This document shows, piece after piece, positions 19,031-27,280 of a stretch of 35,899 nt of DNA. Each line of letters opens with the position of its first letter. Within the stretch, counting starts at the first letter, position 1. Location of the stretch: the NCBI GenBank assembly GCA_904502245.1, contig CAJGDN010000002.1:1-35899 (forward strand), read 5' to 3'. The notes beneath the pieces were generated by a model, which saw only the letters and a program-made list of their open reading frames with translations, was not told the DNA's origin and searched no databases. Both the position numbers and the translations under genes were made by a program. This stretch comes from an uncultured Alphaproteobacteria bacterium. Its GTDB lineage: Bacteria; Pseudomonadota; Alphaproteobacteria; Rs-D84.

Positions 19031-19735
19031 TTATAATTCAACCTTGCCATTTGTGGCAACCAGGTCTGCCATCATTTCAATATGACCACCCGCTTCGCGT
19101 ACAATCAAATCACCCGCGGCAATTTCTGCGAAATCTAATGGATCAGATACAAACGCATCCAGCTTTCCCGCCGCAACCCACGCCAAATCCAATGCCGGAC
19201 AACCTGTGCGACGAACATCGCCAATCATTGGACGCGCATCTGATGTATTGTATGCAATCGTTAATTCCGATGGTTCTGATAAATTTGAAACCTTGATACG
19301 TGCAGAATGATACGCCGAGAAGATATATGCACCACGTTCACTTTCTGCGTAATACAATCTTTCGTCAATCGGTGAATAGATTAATGCAATTTTGGTTTCA
19401 TCATTTGAACGCAACGCCAACGATATCGCAAAATGTGGATTGCCACGCACAAAGTTTGATGCACCCGACAGTGACAAAACAAATTCATCACGACCATCCC
19501 CGGCACGTGATACATTCGGTGTCAACAAACCCGCAGCTGGGCGAACCAACAACAAATCGTTCAAAATACTTTCTTCGATTCGATTCGCAGCCTTTTGTAC
19601 AAAATCACGCGCGCCACGCAATGACTGTTGCAGGTTTTCTACTTCGCCAAAATCACGACGCAGACCAGACGCGGTGCGCTGCAACGCCATAAACATTTTG
19701 TTTAATTCAGTCGAACCTTTTATCAACAGTTCCAT
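19031..19735 (-). CDS. inositol monophosphatase/SuhB-family protein with degenerate catalytic motifs
   Basis: The family fold is recognisable: RDFGEVENLQ, NFVRGNPHFAISLAL, RRTGCPALDLAWVAAGKLDAF, IAAGDLIVREAGG. The EE(S/G), DPxDGT and WD motifs are replaced (see findings). Confidence 0.7.
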   Translation of the reverse strand: MELLIKGSTELNKMFMALQRTASGLRRDFGEVENLQQSLRGARDFVQKAANRIEESILNDLLLVRPAAGLLTPNVSRAGDGRDEFVLSLSGASNFVRGNPHFAISLALRSNDETKIALIYSPIDERLYYAESERGAYIFSAYHSARIKVSNLSEPSELTIAYNTSDARPMIGDVRRTGCPALDLAWVAAGKLDAFVSDPLDFAEIAAGDLIVREAGGHIEMMADLVATNGKVEL

Positions 19736-19765
19736 GTCGCAGCCCCCCGTATTTGCGCGTTAAAC

Positions 19766-19978
19766 TTAGAAGTTAAAGCCAGCAAATTTGCTTTTGAATT
19801 CAGCTGCACGCTGACCTTTGTCACCGGCGTTTGAACGCTGACCAGTCCAGGCAGAATGGTTCAAATTGTCAGTTGACAATAACAAGTCTTTTTTTACAGA
19901 TGAATACATTTTAATTGTTTTACCATCAGTTCTGGTAACGTTAATTTCGTGGTATTCTGGATGAATTCCTTGTTTCAT
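19766..19978 (-). CDS. rpmE: 50S ribosomal protein L31
   Basis: MKQGIHPEYHEINV... and HSAWTG are both typical of L31. 70 aa. Confidence 0.9.
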   Translation of the reverse strand: MKQGIHPEYHEINVTRTDGKTIKMYSSVKKDLLLSTDNLNHSAWTGQRSNAGDKGQRAAEFKSKFAGFNF

Positions 19979-20053
19979 GATATTTACCTTTTTTTAAATT
20001 TTAGCCCGTGAATTATACATGCTTTTTTACATAAATCAAGCAATAATAGCATT

Positions 20054-20563
20054 TTAATATTGACCAATGCAGCCCAGATATGAATTGCCGGTCGATTCTA
20101 GAACATTAATAAACTGGGACTGATTATGCCCAGAAAATAACGCTAAAATCGTCCCAGTATTCGTTGCCAACATGTCCGTCACAGTCGCAATCCCTGAATT
20201 CATCTTCTTGAAAAAACCACTGGACGGATAGATTTCTGCCGCCAGCAGCTGGGTTCGACCACGTGATTTACATGTTTGTCTGGATTCAATTACCATTAAT
20301 TGACATTCAGGGGATATAATCAGCTTGTCACAAACAACCGCATCACCCCCCAACAATTCCCCCCACCAGCCAGTAGACCCACAGAACACAGGGTAATAAA
20401 TTGCCGCGTTCGGATTTGCAGATAACACCGCAGATATATCAATATCATCAGCACAAACATCAGGCATTATGCCGGTTGTACTGTTTATAACTTTGCGTGC
20501 CAACTGATATTCAGAATCACCAGTTGTCTTGCGTGGCCAATAAAGAATCGGAAACTTCGTCAT
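20054..20563 (-). CDS. hypothetical protein (169 aa), co-oriented with and immediately downstream of membrane paralogue P1
   Basis: Long ORF with no signal peptide. No family recognised by eye. Confidence 0.45.
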   Translation of the reverse strand: MTKFPILYWPRKTTGDSEYQLARKVINSTTGIMPDVCADDIDISAVLSANPNAAIYYPVFCGSTGWWGELLGGDAVVCDKLIISPECQLMVIESRQTCKSRGRTQLLAAEIYPSSGFFKKMNSGIATVTDMLATNTGTILALFSGHNQSQFINVLESTGNSYLGCIGQY

Positions 20564-20631
20564 TGCTATGAATTATATCAGATTCGTACCTAACAAAAAA
20601 GGGGGGCGTGTTAAATAAAGGACTTGATTTT

Positions 20632-21930
20632 TTATTTTTTCATAACTTCGTACCATTTTTTCAGGTTTTTCCATACAATATCGATGTTATTTTTTGTAGT
20701 TTTATAGAAGTCGTCTGATATTTGGACATTGAATAACGTCTTGGCCAATGCCGGAATCATATTCATAAACATCGCAACAAATATACCCATTAATATTATC
20801 GTTATTAACGAATCATTACGCATCATTAATGCATCCATTAATATTTTAGCACCATCCGATTCGGATGCACTTAACGCCGCCTGCAATGTTGTCGCCCCAC
20901 CCCAATCGCCAAATATCGCATTCAAAAACATTATAACAAAAGAAACAAAGATACCTGTCACCGCCAAGCCCAGAGTACCGTTAATAACATTATCAATTAT
21001 CCCACGAATCGTTTTCCCAGCCCCTGATAAAGATATCTGCCAACCTTTGAACAACCACGCCAATAACATCAGTGGCAACATCACTAAATCCAGCGATAAT
21101 TTAATAAATATTTCTAAGAAATACAGCGGAATTGGTATTAATGCCATAAAGAACAACACCAACACCAACAATCCAGCAAATAAAATTGGAATATTTGGAA
21201 AAATTGGAATATCCCACATAATCTTGTGCATATAATCAGAATTAAACGACATATTTAACATCGTCCAACCAACCGTCATCCCCAAACCTGTCATCTGATG
21301 CACACCCGCCAATTCGCACGCTAAATTATGTCGAAGACGTGGAGAAAACGCACCCTGTTTCGCCGCATTTACATCAATAGACGTAGGATCTGCAATCGCA
21401 GTTGCAATAACACACGCATCAAACGAATCGTCATGCACAACCGCACGATTTAATGATAAACCAATGTTAAATATAGGTTGAATCGCAATTTCGGAAACCA
21501 TACGTGGCAGTGGTGCAACCAACAGCGCACAGACGAACGCCAACTTTACACAATGGTTTGTAAAAGTACTGACAATTGACCAAGGGGCTTCGACCTTGGA
21601 ATTTAAATAATTACTGGTCAGGCGCCACGCAAAAAATACGGCAGTTAAAATAACCGCAAATGGAACAATCGTCTTGCCCAATGCATCGTAAATACGCGGC
21701 AAAATACGTGACATGGTAAGCATTATGTCAGAAAACATGTTACACGACCAACAGCTGGAAAAAAATTTGTATGCATCTGCCATATCAACCGGCGAAAAAG
21801 ATCGATAGATAGAAAAACCAGCAATAACACCAACACCCGCAATCCCACCAACAATCAATGGCGCAGCCGCCCCAGCCGTAAATGGCAGAAACGATAAAAA
21901 TATTATCCAAAATTTTTTTATTCGATTCAT
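20632..21930 (-). CDS. polytopic membrane protein, paralogue P1 (TrbL/VirB6-like)
   Basis: Start placed at MNRIKKFWIIFLSFLPFTAGAAA (signal-like); 21948 is an alternative. It has a CWSC-NMFSDIM N-terminal motif, several TM helices, the core helix LDLVMLPLMLLAWLFKGW and a Lys-rich tail. Confidence 0.6.
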   Translation of the reverse strand: MNRIKKFWIIFLSFLPFTAGAAAPLIVGGIAGVGVIAGFSIYRSFSPVDMADAYKFFSSCWSCNMFSDIMLTMSRILPRIYDALGKTIVPFAVILTAVFFAWRLTSNYLNSKVEAPWSIVSTFTNHCVKLAFVCALLVAPLPRMVSEIAIQPIFNIGLSLNRAVVHDDSFDACVIATAIADPTSIDVNAAKQGAFSPRLRHNLACELAGVHQMTGLGMTVGWTMLNMSFNSDYMHKIMWDIPIFPNIPILFAGLLVLVLFFMALIPIPLYFLEIFIKLSLDLVMLPLMLLAWLFKGWQISLSGAGKTIRGIIDNVINGTLGLAVTGIFVSFVIMFLNAIFGDWGGATTLQAALSASESDGAKILMDALMMRNDSLITIILMGIFVAMFMNMIPALAKTLFNVQISDDFYKTTKNNIDIVWKNLKKWYEVMKK

Positions 21931-21938
21931 TGCTATTA

Positions 21939-21972
21939 AGTATATCATATTTTGTCCCAAATGTGATATAAT
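21939..21972. promoter_or_regulatory. back-to-back extended -10 elements forming an imperfect inverted repeat in the P1/P2 divergent region
   Basis: Plus strand: TGaTATAAT (21964-21972), about 27 nt upstream of the P2 ATG. Minus strand: TGaTATACT (21947-21939). The arms agtatatcatat and atgtgatataat match at 10 of 12 positions as reverse complements. Confidence 0.4.
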
Positions 21973-21998
21973 TGAAAAGATAAATATAAAAAGAGAGA

Positions 21999-23270
21999 AT
22001 GTTTTATAAAAAAATATTGTTAAAAGCGTTGTATTTCGGGGCATTTTTAATTATGCCGGCTGTTGCACACGCCAGTGTCGTTGATACGTTAAATCTGGCA
22101 CCATTTGTCCCAATGGTATTGGACGCATTGATGATGACCGCCACAGGAATATACGAATATTTTGTCGGAGATGGAAATCACGTTGGTTTTATTAACATAT
22201 TAGTTTGGACGTTTTTAGGAATCACAATAACATTAGGCTTGGTAAAAATGTATTTCCCAAAAAGCGCACTGTCTTTTCTGGGGATGTCGGGTGGCGGTGA
22301 AATGTTGGACGGCAAGGTTAATGCATACAAATTAATCGAAGATACATTAAAACCATGTTTGCGTGCAGTTATAGCATCGCTGGTTTTACTGCAATTAAAA
22401 CCAGTGTTTTTAACTGAATGGTTGGTAAATCCATTCTTACAACTGGGGGCAAATTACACCCACCAAATAACAGGAACTATTAATGAAGTAAATCCAGATG
22501 CAAAAACAGTAGAATGCCCAACAGAAATATTAGAAAAAAAATGGATTAGCGAAGATTCATGCAAGTTCTTGGTCCAACCTGTATACGATTTATCCAGCGC
22601 AAACAACCAAATTGTAAAGCGCGGATTTGATTTCTTGTTCGAAGGAATGCGCGGTCTGATGACTTTGGTACCACATGGCAGCGAAGGCTTTCTGAATGTC
22701 GTGACAGGTATTATTTTAATATCAACATTTGTGGCATCAAACTTATTTATGGCACTGTTGGTAATCCAAGGTATATTTAATTTCGGCATACAATTAATTT
22801 TATACCCGTTCTATGTTTTAACATATGTGTTCAAAAAAAGTGACAAATGGTTTGATGTTTGGCCGGCTTTTGGTGGAATAACCAAAGCATTACAACAATT
22901 GATTATAACAATGATAGCGTGCGCATTTATACTGTGTATTAATATAGCCGTCATCAAAGCTCTGTTTAATTGGAATTCTTCTGTGTTTGTTGTTGCCGCT
23001 GGTGGCAGCGCACACAGCAATATACCAACAATGGCAAGCGCACCAATTGGATTTGGTGGTCATTCTGTAATGTGGCTGTCTGCGATAATGACATTCTATT
23101 TAATGTTTAAGATATTCGATATGACACAAACACAATTAAGAACATATATCGGCAGTGGTATGGATGGACTGTACAAGGATGTAATAGGCGATTCTAAAAC
23201 ATTGTTCAAAGACGCCAAGGATTTTGGCAAAAAAATCGGCAAAGCCGCAGGGTGGATAAAAGGAAAATGA
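21999..23270 (+). CDS. polytopic membrane protein, paralogue P2 (TrbL/VirB6-like)
   Basis: 423 aa. Signal peptide ending AVAHA/S. The core segment LILYPFYVLTYVFKKSDKWFDVW resembles the TrbL/VirB6 conserved helix. Lys-rich tail. Confidence 0.6.
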   Translation: MFYKKILLKALYFGAFLIMPAVAHASVVDTLNLAPFVPMVLDALMMTATGIYEYFVGDGNHVGFINILVWTFLGITITLGLVKMYFPKSALSFLGMSGGGEMLDGKVNAYKLIEDTLKPCLRAVIASLVLLQLKPVFLTEWLVNPFLQLGANYTHQITGTINEVNPDAKTVECPTEILEKKWISEDSCKFLVQPVYDLSSANNQIVKRGFDFLFEGMRGLMTLVPHGSEGFLNVVTGIILISTFVASNLFMALLVIQGIFNFGIQLILYPFYVLTYVFKKSDKWFDVWPAFGGITKALQQLIITMIACAFILCINIAVIKALFNWNSSVFVVAAGGSAHSNIPTMASAPIGFGGHSVMWLSAIMTFYLMFKIFDMTQTQLRTYIGSGMDGLYKDVIGDSKTLFKDAKDFGKKIGKAAGWIKGK

Positions 23271-24457
23271 CAGATACAATGATGTCTTTGGTTGGCGACA
23301 CCGTGCAGTGTTGGGGCTGCCCAGTGTTTGATAGACTGTTTCAAATCATATCTGCGGCTGCAACAGGTTTCTATGAATATTTCAGTGACATGTGCCTGAT
23401 TCTGTTTCTGGCAATGTTCACAGTGTATGCGATTAATGCAATTTGGCAAAATTTCAAAAGTAATTTTGCAGACCCATGGTATAAAAAGTCAGTTCAAAAG
23501 GTTTTCATAAACTCAATCGTAGCAATCAGCCTGATGGGCACGGGTGTTATATTACCACGTTTTATCACAACAGTAACTTTTGAACCTGTGGCACAGATAA
23601 CTTTAACGTACACACAAGCAATGATAAACCAAACCCAAAAAGACGTTGACGAACGGGTGACATACCAACCTGTAAAAATGCAAGAAGATGGTTTTTATAG
23701 ACCAGAACTGCGCAATAAAATTATAGATTTAATGAAAACAACAATTACACAATTCCAGAGTTATATTAAACTGGGGATTGCAGTGATGGATAGTGCATTT
23801 TCATGGAACGCATTGTTGGGGGTTGGCGCATTAATAAAACATATTGTATTGTTCTTTATCGGATTATATTTGGCACAGGGATTTTTCAGATTATTTTTCA
23901 AATATTGCTGTTATTTTGCAGACGCTATTGTTGCAATGGCTTTCTTTGCATTTTTCTTTCCATTATCATTAGCAACATTTGCATTTAATGGTGCAGAAAA
24001 CGTACCAGAAATTATAAAAAAAATTGGTAAAAATGTCGGCGTAAACCAGATTAAAAATTTAATCAGTTCAATTGTCACATTGGGTTCTGTGGTTATAACA
24101 TACACAGTTATTATGGCAATTATTGCAAAATTCTTTTCTGCAACAGATGTCAGTAATGTAGAACTGATGAATGCAATTACCAGCGGAAAAATATTTGACA
24201 AAGATTTAAGTTCAGAAAACTTGGAAGCCTTGACATTAACCAGTTGTGTTGCACTGATGTATGTCTTGACATATGTGTATAAGCAAATACCACAGATTAC
24301 AAAAATGATACTGGGCGCTTTTGCAGTTGAAGAAAAAAATGAATACGGCGACAAACTTGCAGACAATTTAATGAAACTGACAAAAAACATTGTTGATACA
24401 ACCGTTAATGTTGGTAAAATAATCATAAACAGCGACAAAAAAAAGGATTCTAAATAA
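23267..24457 (+). CDS. polytopic membrane protein, paralogue P3 (TrbL/VirB6-like)
   Basis: The ATG at 23267 overlaps the P2 stop (ATGA) and follows AAAGGAAA. CWGC-PVFDRLF N-terminal motif, multiple TM helices and a Lys-rich tail. Confidence 0.6.
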   Translation: MTDTMMSLVGDTVQCWGCPVFDRLFQIISAAATGFYEYFSDMCLILFLAMFTVYAINAIWQNFKSNFADPWYKKSVQKVFINSIVAISLMGTGVILPRFITTVTFEPVAQITLTYTQAMINQTQKDVDERVTYQPVKMQEDGFYRPELRNKIIDLMKTTITQFQSYIKLGIAVMDSAFSWNALLGVGALIKHIVLFFIGLYLAQGFFRLFFKYCCYFADAIVAMAFFAFFFPLSLATFAFNGAENVPEIIKKIGKNVGVNQIKNLISSIVTLGSVVITYTVIMAIIAKFFSATDVSNVELMNAITSGKIFDKDLSSENLEALTLTSCVALMYVLTYVYKQIPQITKMILGAFAVEEKNEYGDKLADNLMKLTKNIVDTTVNVGKIIINSDKKKDSK

Positions 24458-25950
24458 TGTGGAAGGCACAACTGATTTTGATTGCAGTCAGGGTTTTAAT
24501 GTGTCTAATCGCATTAGGATTGGGTATATGGTATTTATCGTCTTCTATTGGTGGCGCCGCATTAACATATACCAGCGCAGATAATTTTATGACTGCAATC
24601 GGGGCGCACAACGGCGATATATCGACCGTAAACGGATGTTTTATGTGCGGATATATTGCGGATTTGTTTTCCATCATTGGAAATGCGGCCGAAAGATTTT
24701 GGGATGTAATGGTTGATAACCTATGGATTATTATGGTCTTGGGATTAGGCATATATGTCTTTATCCACACTGTAAAACACATATTTAATGCTGCAAAACA
24801 AACCGCAAATTTAGACGGTAAAGAAACAGGTATAGATTTTAAATCTTGGTTTGAACCAATCAGCAAACAAGCCCTGCGGTTAATGTTAGTTGGTGCCGTT
24901 ATGGGCGTACTGGGGCTGGGGGGGAGCACCGCACTAAAAACAGTTTCACAAATTACAATTACACCTGTTTTATATGTTGGCGCAGAACTGGGTATGGCTG
25001 CGACAGGTGTAAGTAATGCGGCACAGTGTGGCGCACTAACACCAACCGAAAAAACAGGCGACACATCAGATATATTGAATCCAATTCTGCAACCATTTAT
25101 GTGTGTTATGGGAAACATTAATTCTGTTATGTTGGCAGGGGCCGCTGGTGGTTTTGCGATGATGAACTATGCCTGGCTGGGGATGGGTGGCGGCGCATTT
25201 ACATGGTTGGCAGGACTGACCCTGGTGCTGATGTTTCTGATTATCGGATTTGATTTATTCTTTCAAATTTTATCAGTGGTATTCAAACTGGTGTTCTTAA
25301 TTGTATTCTTGCCGTTCCTGTTGGCTGCGTATGCATATGAACCCGTTTGGTCCAAGGCCAGTGGCTTAATGAGCAAATCGGTTGGGATGCTGGCTTCATC
25401 AGCGGTGCGATTGGTTGCAATTACATTAAAAGTTTTGGTTATTTACGCGACTGTTTCGTATACCGCCGATGCATTTATGCCAGGCCCCACAGATGGATAC
25501 AGTGCAATATTGCCACCATTATTGACAGACGCACCAGAAAATCCAGACGCAAAAACAATGTCTGTTATGCAGGTATTTTCTGACTGTGAACGCGTATCAC
25601 TGATTGATGGTCAAATGGACAAAGATAAATTTACAAATTGCTTTACCGCACGCAAGGCAGAAGTAGAAAGACAATACCCCGGCGCGTTTGATTTCTTGGG
25701 TGATGGGTTCGATTTTCTGCTGATGATGATGTGCTTGTTCTTTTTGTATTACTATGCAATAAGTCCAAAAATTGATAAAATGTTGCCAGCTGGTACTGTT
25801 AAATTACCAATCCCAGGCGAAGAAGCAAATGTTAGCAGCAAAGAAGAGTTTGATTATGGCGCATGGATTCATGACCTGGGACAGAAAATATGGCATGTTC
25901 CAGAACAAATCGCTAAAAAAGCAACCGAAAAAATGGGTAAGAAAAGTTAA
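24457..25950 (+). CDS. polytopic membrane protein, paralogue P4 (TrbL/VirB6-like)
   Basis: The start overlaps the P3 stop (TAATG). CFMC-GYIADLF motif, core helix LVFLIVFLPFLLAAYAYEPVW and a Lys-rich tail. Confidence 0.6.
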   Translation: MWKAQLILIAVRVLMCLIALGLGIWYLSSSIGGAALTYTSADNFMTAIGAHNGDISTVNGCFMCGYIADLFSIIGNAAERFWDVMVDNLWIIMVLGLGIYVFIHTVKHIFNAAKQTANLDGKETGIDFKSWFEPISKQALRLMLVGAVMGVLGLGGSTALKTVSQITITPVLYVGAELGMAATGVSNAAQCGALTPTEKTGDTSDILNPILQPFMCVMGNINSVMLAGAAGGFAMMNYAWLGMGGGAFTWLAGLTLVLMFLIIGFDLFFQILSVVFKLVFLIVFLPFLLAAYAYEPVWSKASGLMSKSVGMLASSAVRLVAITLKVLVIYATVSYTADAFMPGPTDGYSAILPPLLTDAPENPDAKTMSVMQVFSDCERVSLIDGQMDKDKFTNCFTARKAEVERQYPGAFDFLGDGFDFLLMMMCLFFLYYYAISPKIDKMLPAGTVKLPIPGEEANVSSKEEFDYGAWIHDLGQKIWHVPEQIAKKATEKMGKKS

Positions 25951-25955
25951 TTCAT

Positions 25956-27245
25956 ATGAAGATAATTCGCAGATTTTTATCCGTAATAATTATGATACTG
26001 TGCCTGGGGGGGACAGCATTTGCTGCATCATCAAATTTGCCGGCAGCTGATATTGGCGATTATGGCACATGGGCAACAGAAAATAATAAAAAAAGATTTA
26101 TTGAAAATGTATCAAGCGATATAACCAATTTCCAGGATGACTTTCAAAAACAAATAATTGGGAATTATGTCCCGATAGAAGCCAAAGCAGGATTAGCGTT
26201 TATGAATGCGTTCTCGTTTATTTCGCGTGTTTTGGATACTTCTTTGGTACGATTTGTTATATTATTTATTATATTGGCGTATACATTTTGGGTGGCCTTT
26301 GAATCTTACACAATTATAACGGGCAAAAACAAACCTTATGACAAAGTTGTAGAAATCTTAAAAAAAGGTCTGATGGTTGTAATTTGGACTGGAATACTGT
26401 CTATTGGTCCAGCAGAAACGTTTATGATGGTAATGACGCCAATTCTGCGCGCTGCAACTTATACGTCTAATGGAATACTAGACATGGTATCAAGTGTCGT
26501 TGGAACAAAATTGCCGGACACATGTAATGCGATACGCGAATATGCCACAACACACATATCAGATACAAATATTTTACCGCCTGATGCGGCCGCAGATATT
26601 ATGTGTCTGCCAACACGATTGTCTGGATTCTGTTATACCGCAATCGCCGTCGGATGGCGTTGGATGATTGGCGGAATTGGTAACAGCGCATTTACATTCC
26701 TGTGTGGCGGCGCTTTTGTTGCTGGGTTCTTGTACCTGGCATGGCGCTTTGCCTTTATTGCATTTGGGGTTGTGGCCGATTTATTCCTGGGGGTTATGAT
26801 GCTGCCGTTTACTGCCGTTGCTGAAACCATCGGTAAAACATCGTACAAGGGTATCGCAGGCGATATCTTCAATACATTTATGGGAATTTTCAAAGCAGAA
26901 TCTTTACAGACACAGATTATGCGTTTTGTTAATGCCGCATTACACTTTATCGTATTGGCTGTTGTTATCGCTGTTGCGTCTGGATTATTGTCAGGGTTAA
27001 TCGATTTAAATTCTGGTACAGTACTGCCTGATTATAATACATCTGAATTCTGGATTTCGATATTGATGGCTGCTTTGACATGGTATCTGGCCAGCAATGC
27101 AATGAAAATTGCCACAGAATATGGTGGCGCAATAAATACTGCGATGGGCGACACATTAGAAAACGATACAAAAACATTGTTTAACAAAACCAAAGAAACA
27201 GCAACCAAATGGTTGAAGATTATTAAAAACGGTGGAAAAAAATAA
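25956..27245 (+). CDS. polytopic membrane protein, paralogue P5 (TrbL/VirB6-like)
   Basis: Starts 5 nt after the P4 stop. Signal peptide MKIIRRFLSVIIMILCLGGTAFA. Core helix ADLFLGVMMLPFTAVAE and a Lys-rich tail. Confidence 0.55.
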   Translation: MKIIRRFLSVIIMILCLGGTAFAASSNLPAADIGDYGTWATENNKKRFIENVSSDITNFQDDFQKQIIGNYVPIEAKAGLAFMNAFSFISRVLDTSLVRFVILFIILAYTFWVAFESYTIITGKNKPYDKVVEILKKGLMVVIWTGILSIGPAETFMMVMTPILRAATYTSNGILDMVSSVVGTKLPDTCNAIREYATTHISDTNILPPDAAADIMCLPTRLSGFCYTAIAVGWRWMIGGIGNSAFTFLCGGAFVAGFLYLAWRFAFIAFGVVADLFLGVMMLPFTAVAETIGKTSYKGIAGDIFNTFMGIFKAESLQTQIMRFVNAALHFIVLAVVIAVASGLLSGLIDLNSGTVLPDYNTSEFWISILMAALTWYLASNAMKIATEYGGAINTAMGDTLENDTKTLFNKTKETATKWLKIIKNGGKK

Positions 27246-27251
27246 TATAAA

Positions 27252-27280
27252 TAAAAACGGCGTTTGCCGTCTTTATTTAT
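27252..27280. terminator. weak bidirectional terminator between the P5 and dnaQ 3' ends
   Basis: acggc-gttt-gccgt (5 bp stem), flanked by an A5 tract and T-rich sequence. Confidence 0.45.

Noticed and set aside
20729-25118. ORFs antisense to the membrane paralogues (20729-21235, 22454-22789, 23911-24471, 24450-25118)
   Set aside because: They are hydrophobic mirror ORFs, as expected opposite TM-rich genes. The sense-strand set is collinear, paralogous and translationally coupled, which the antisense set is not.
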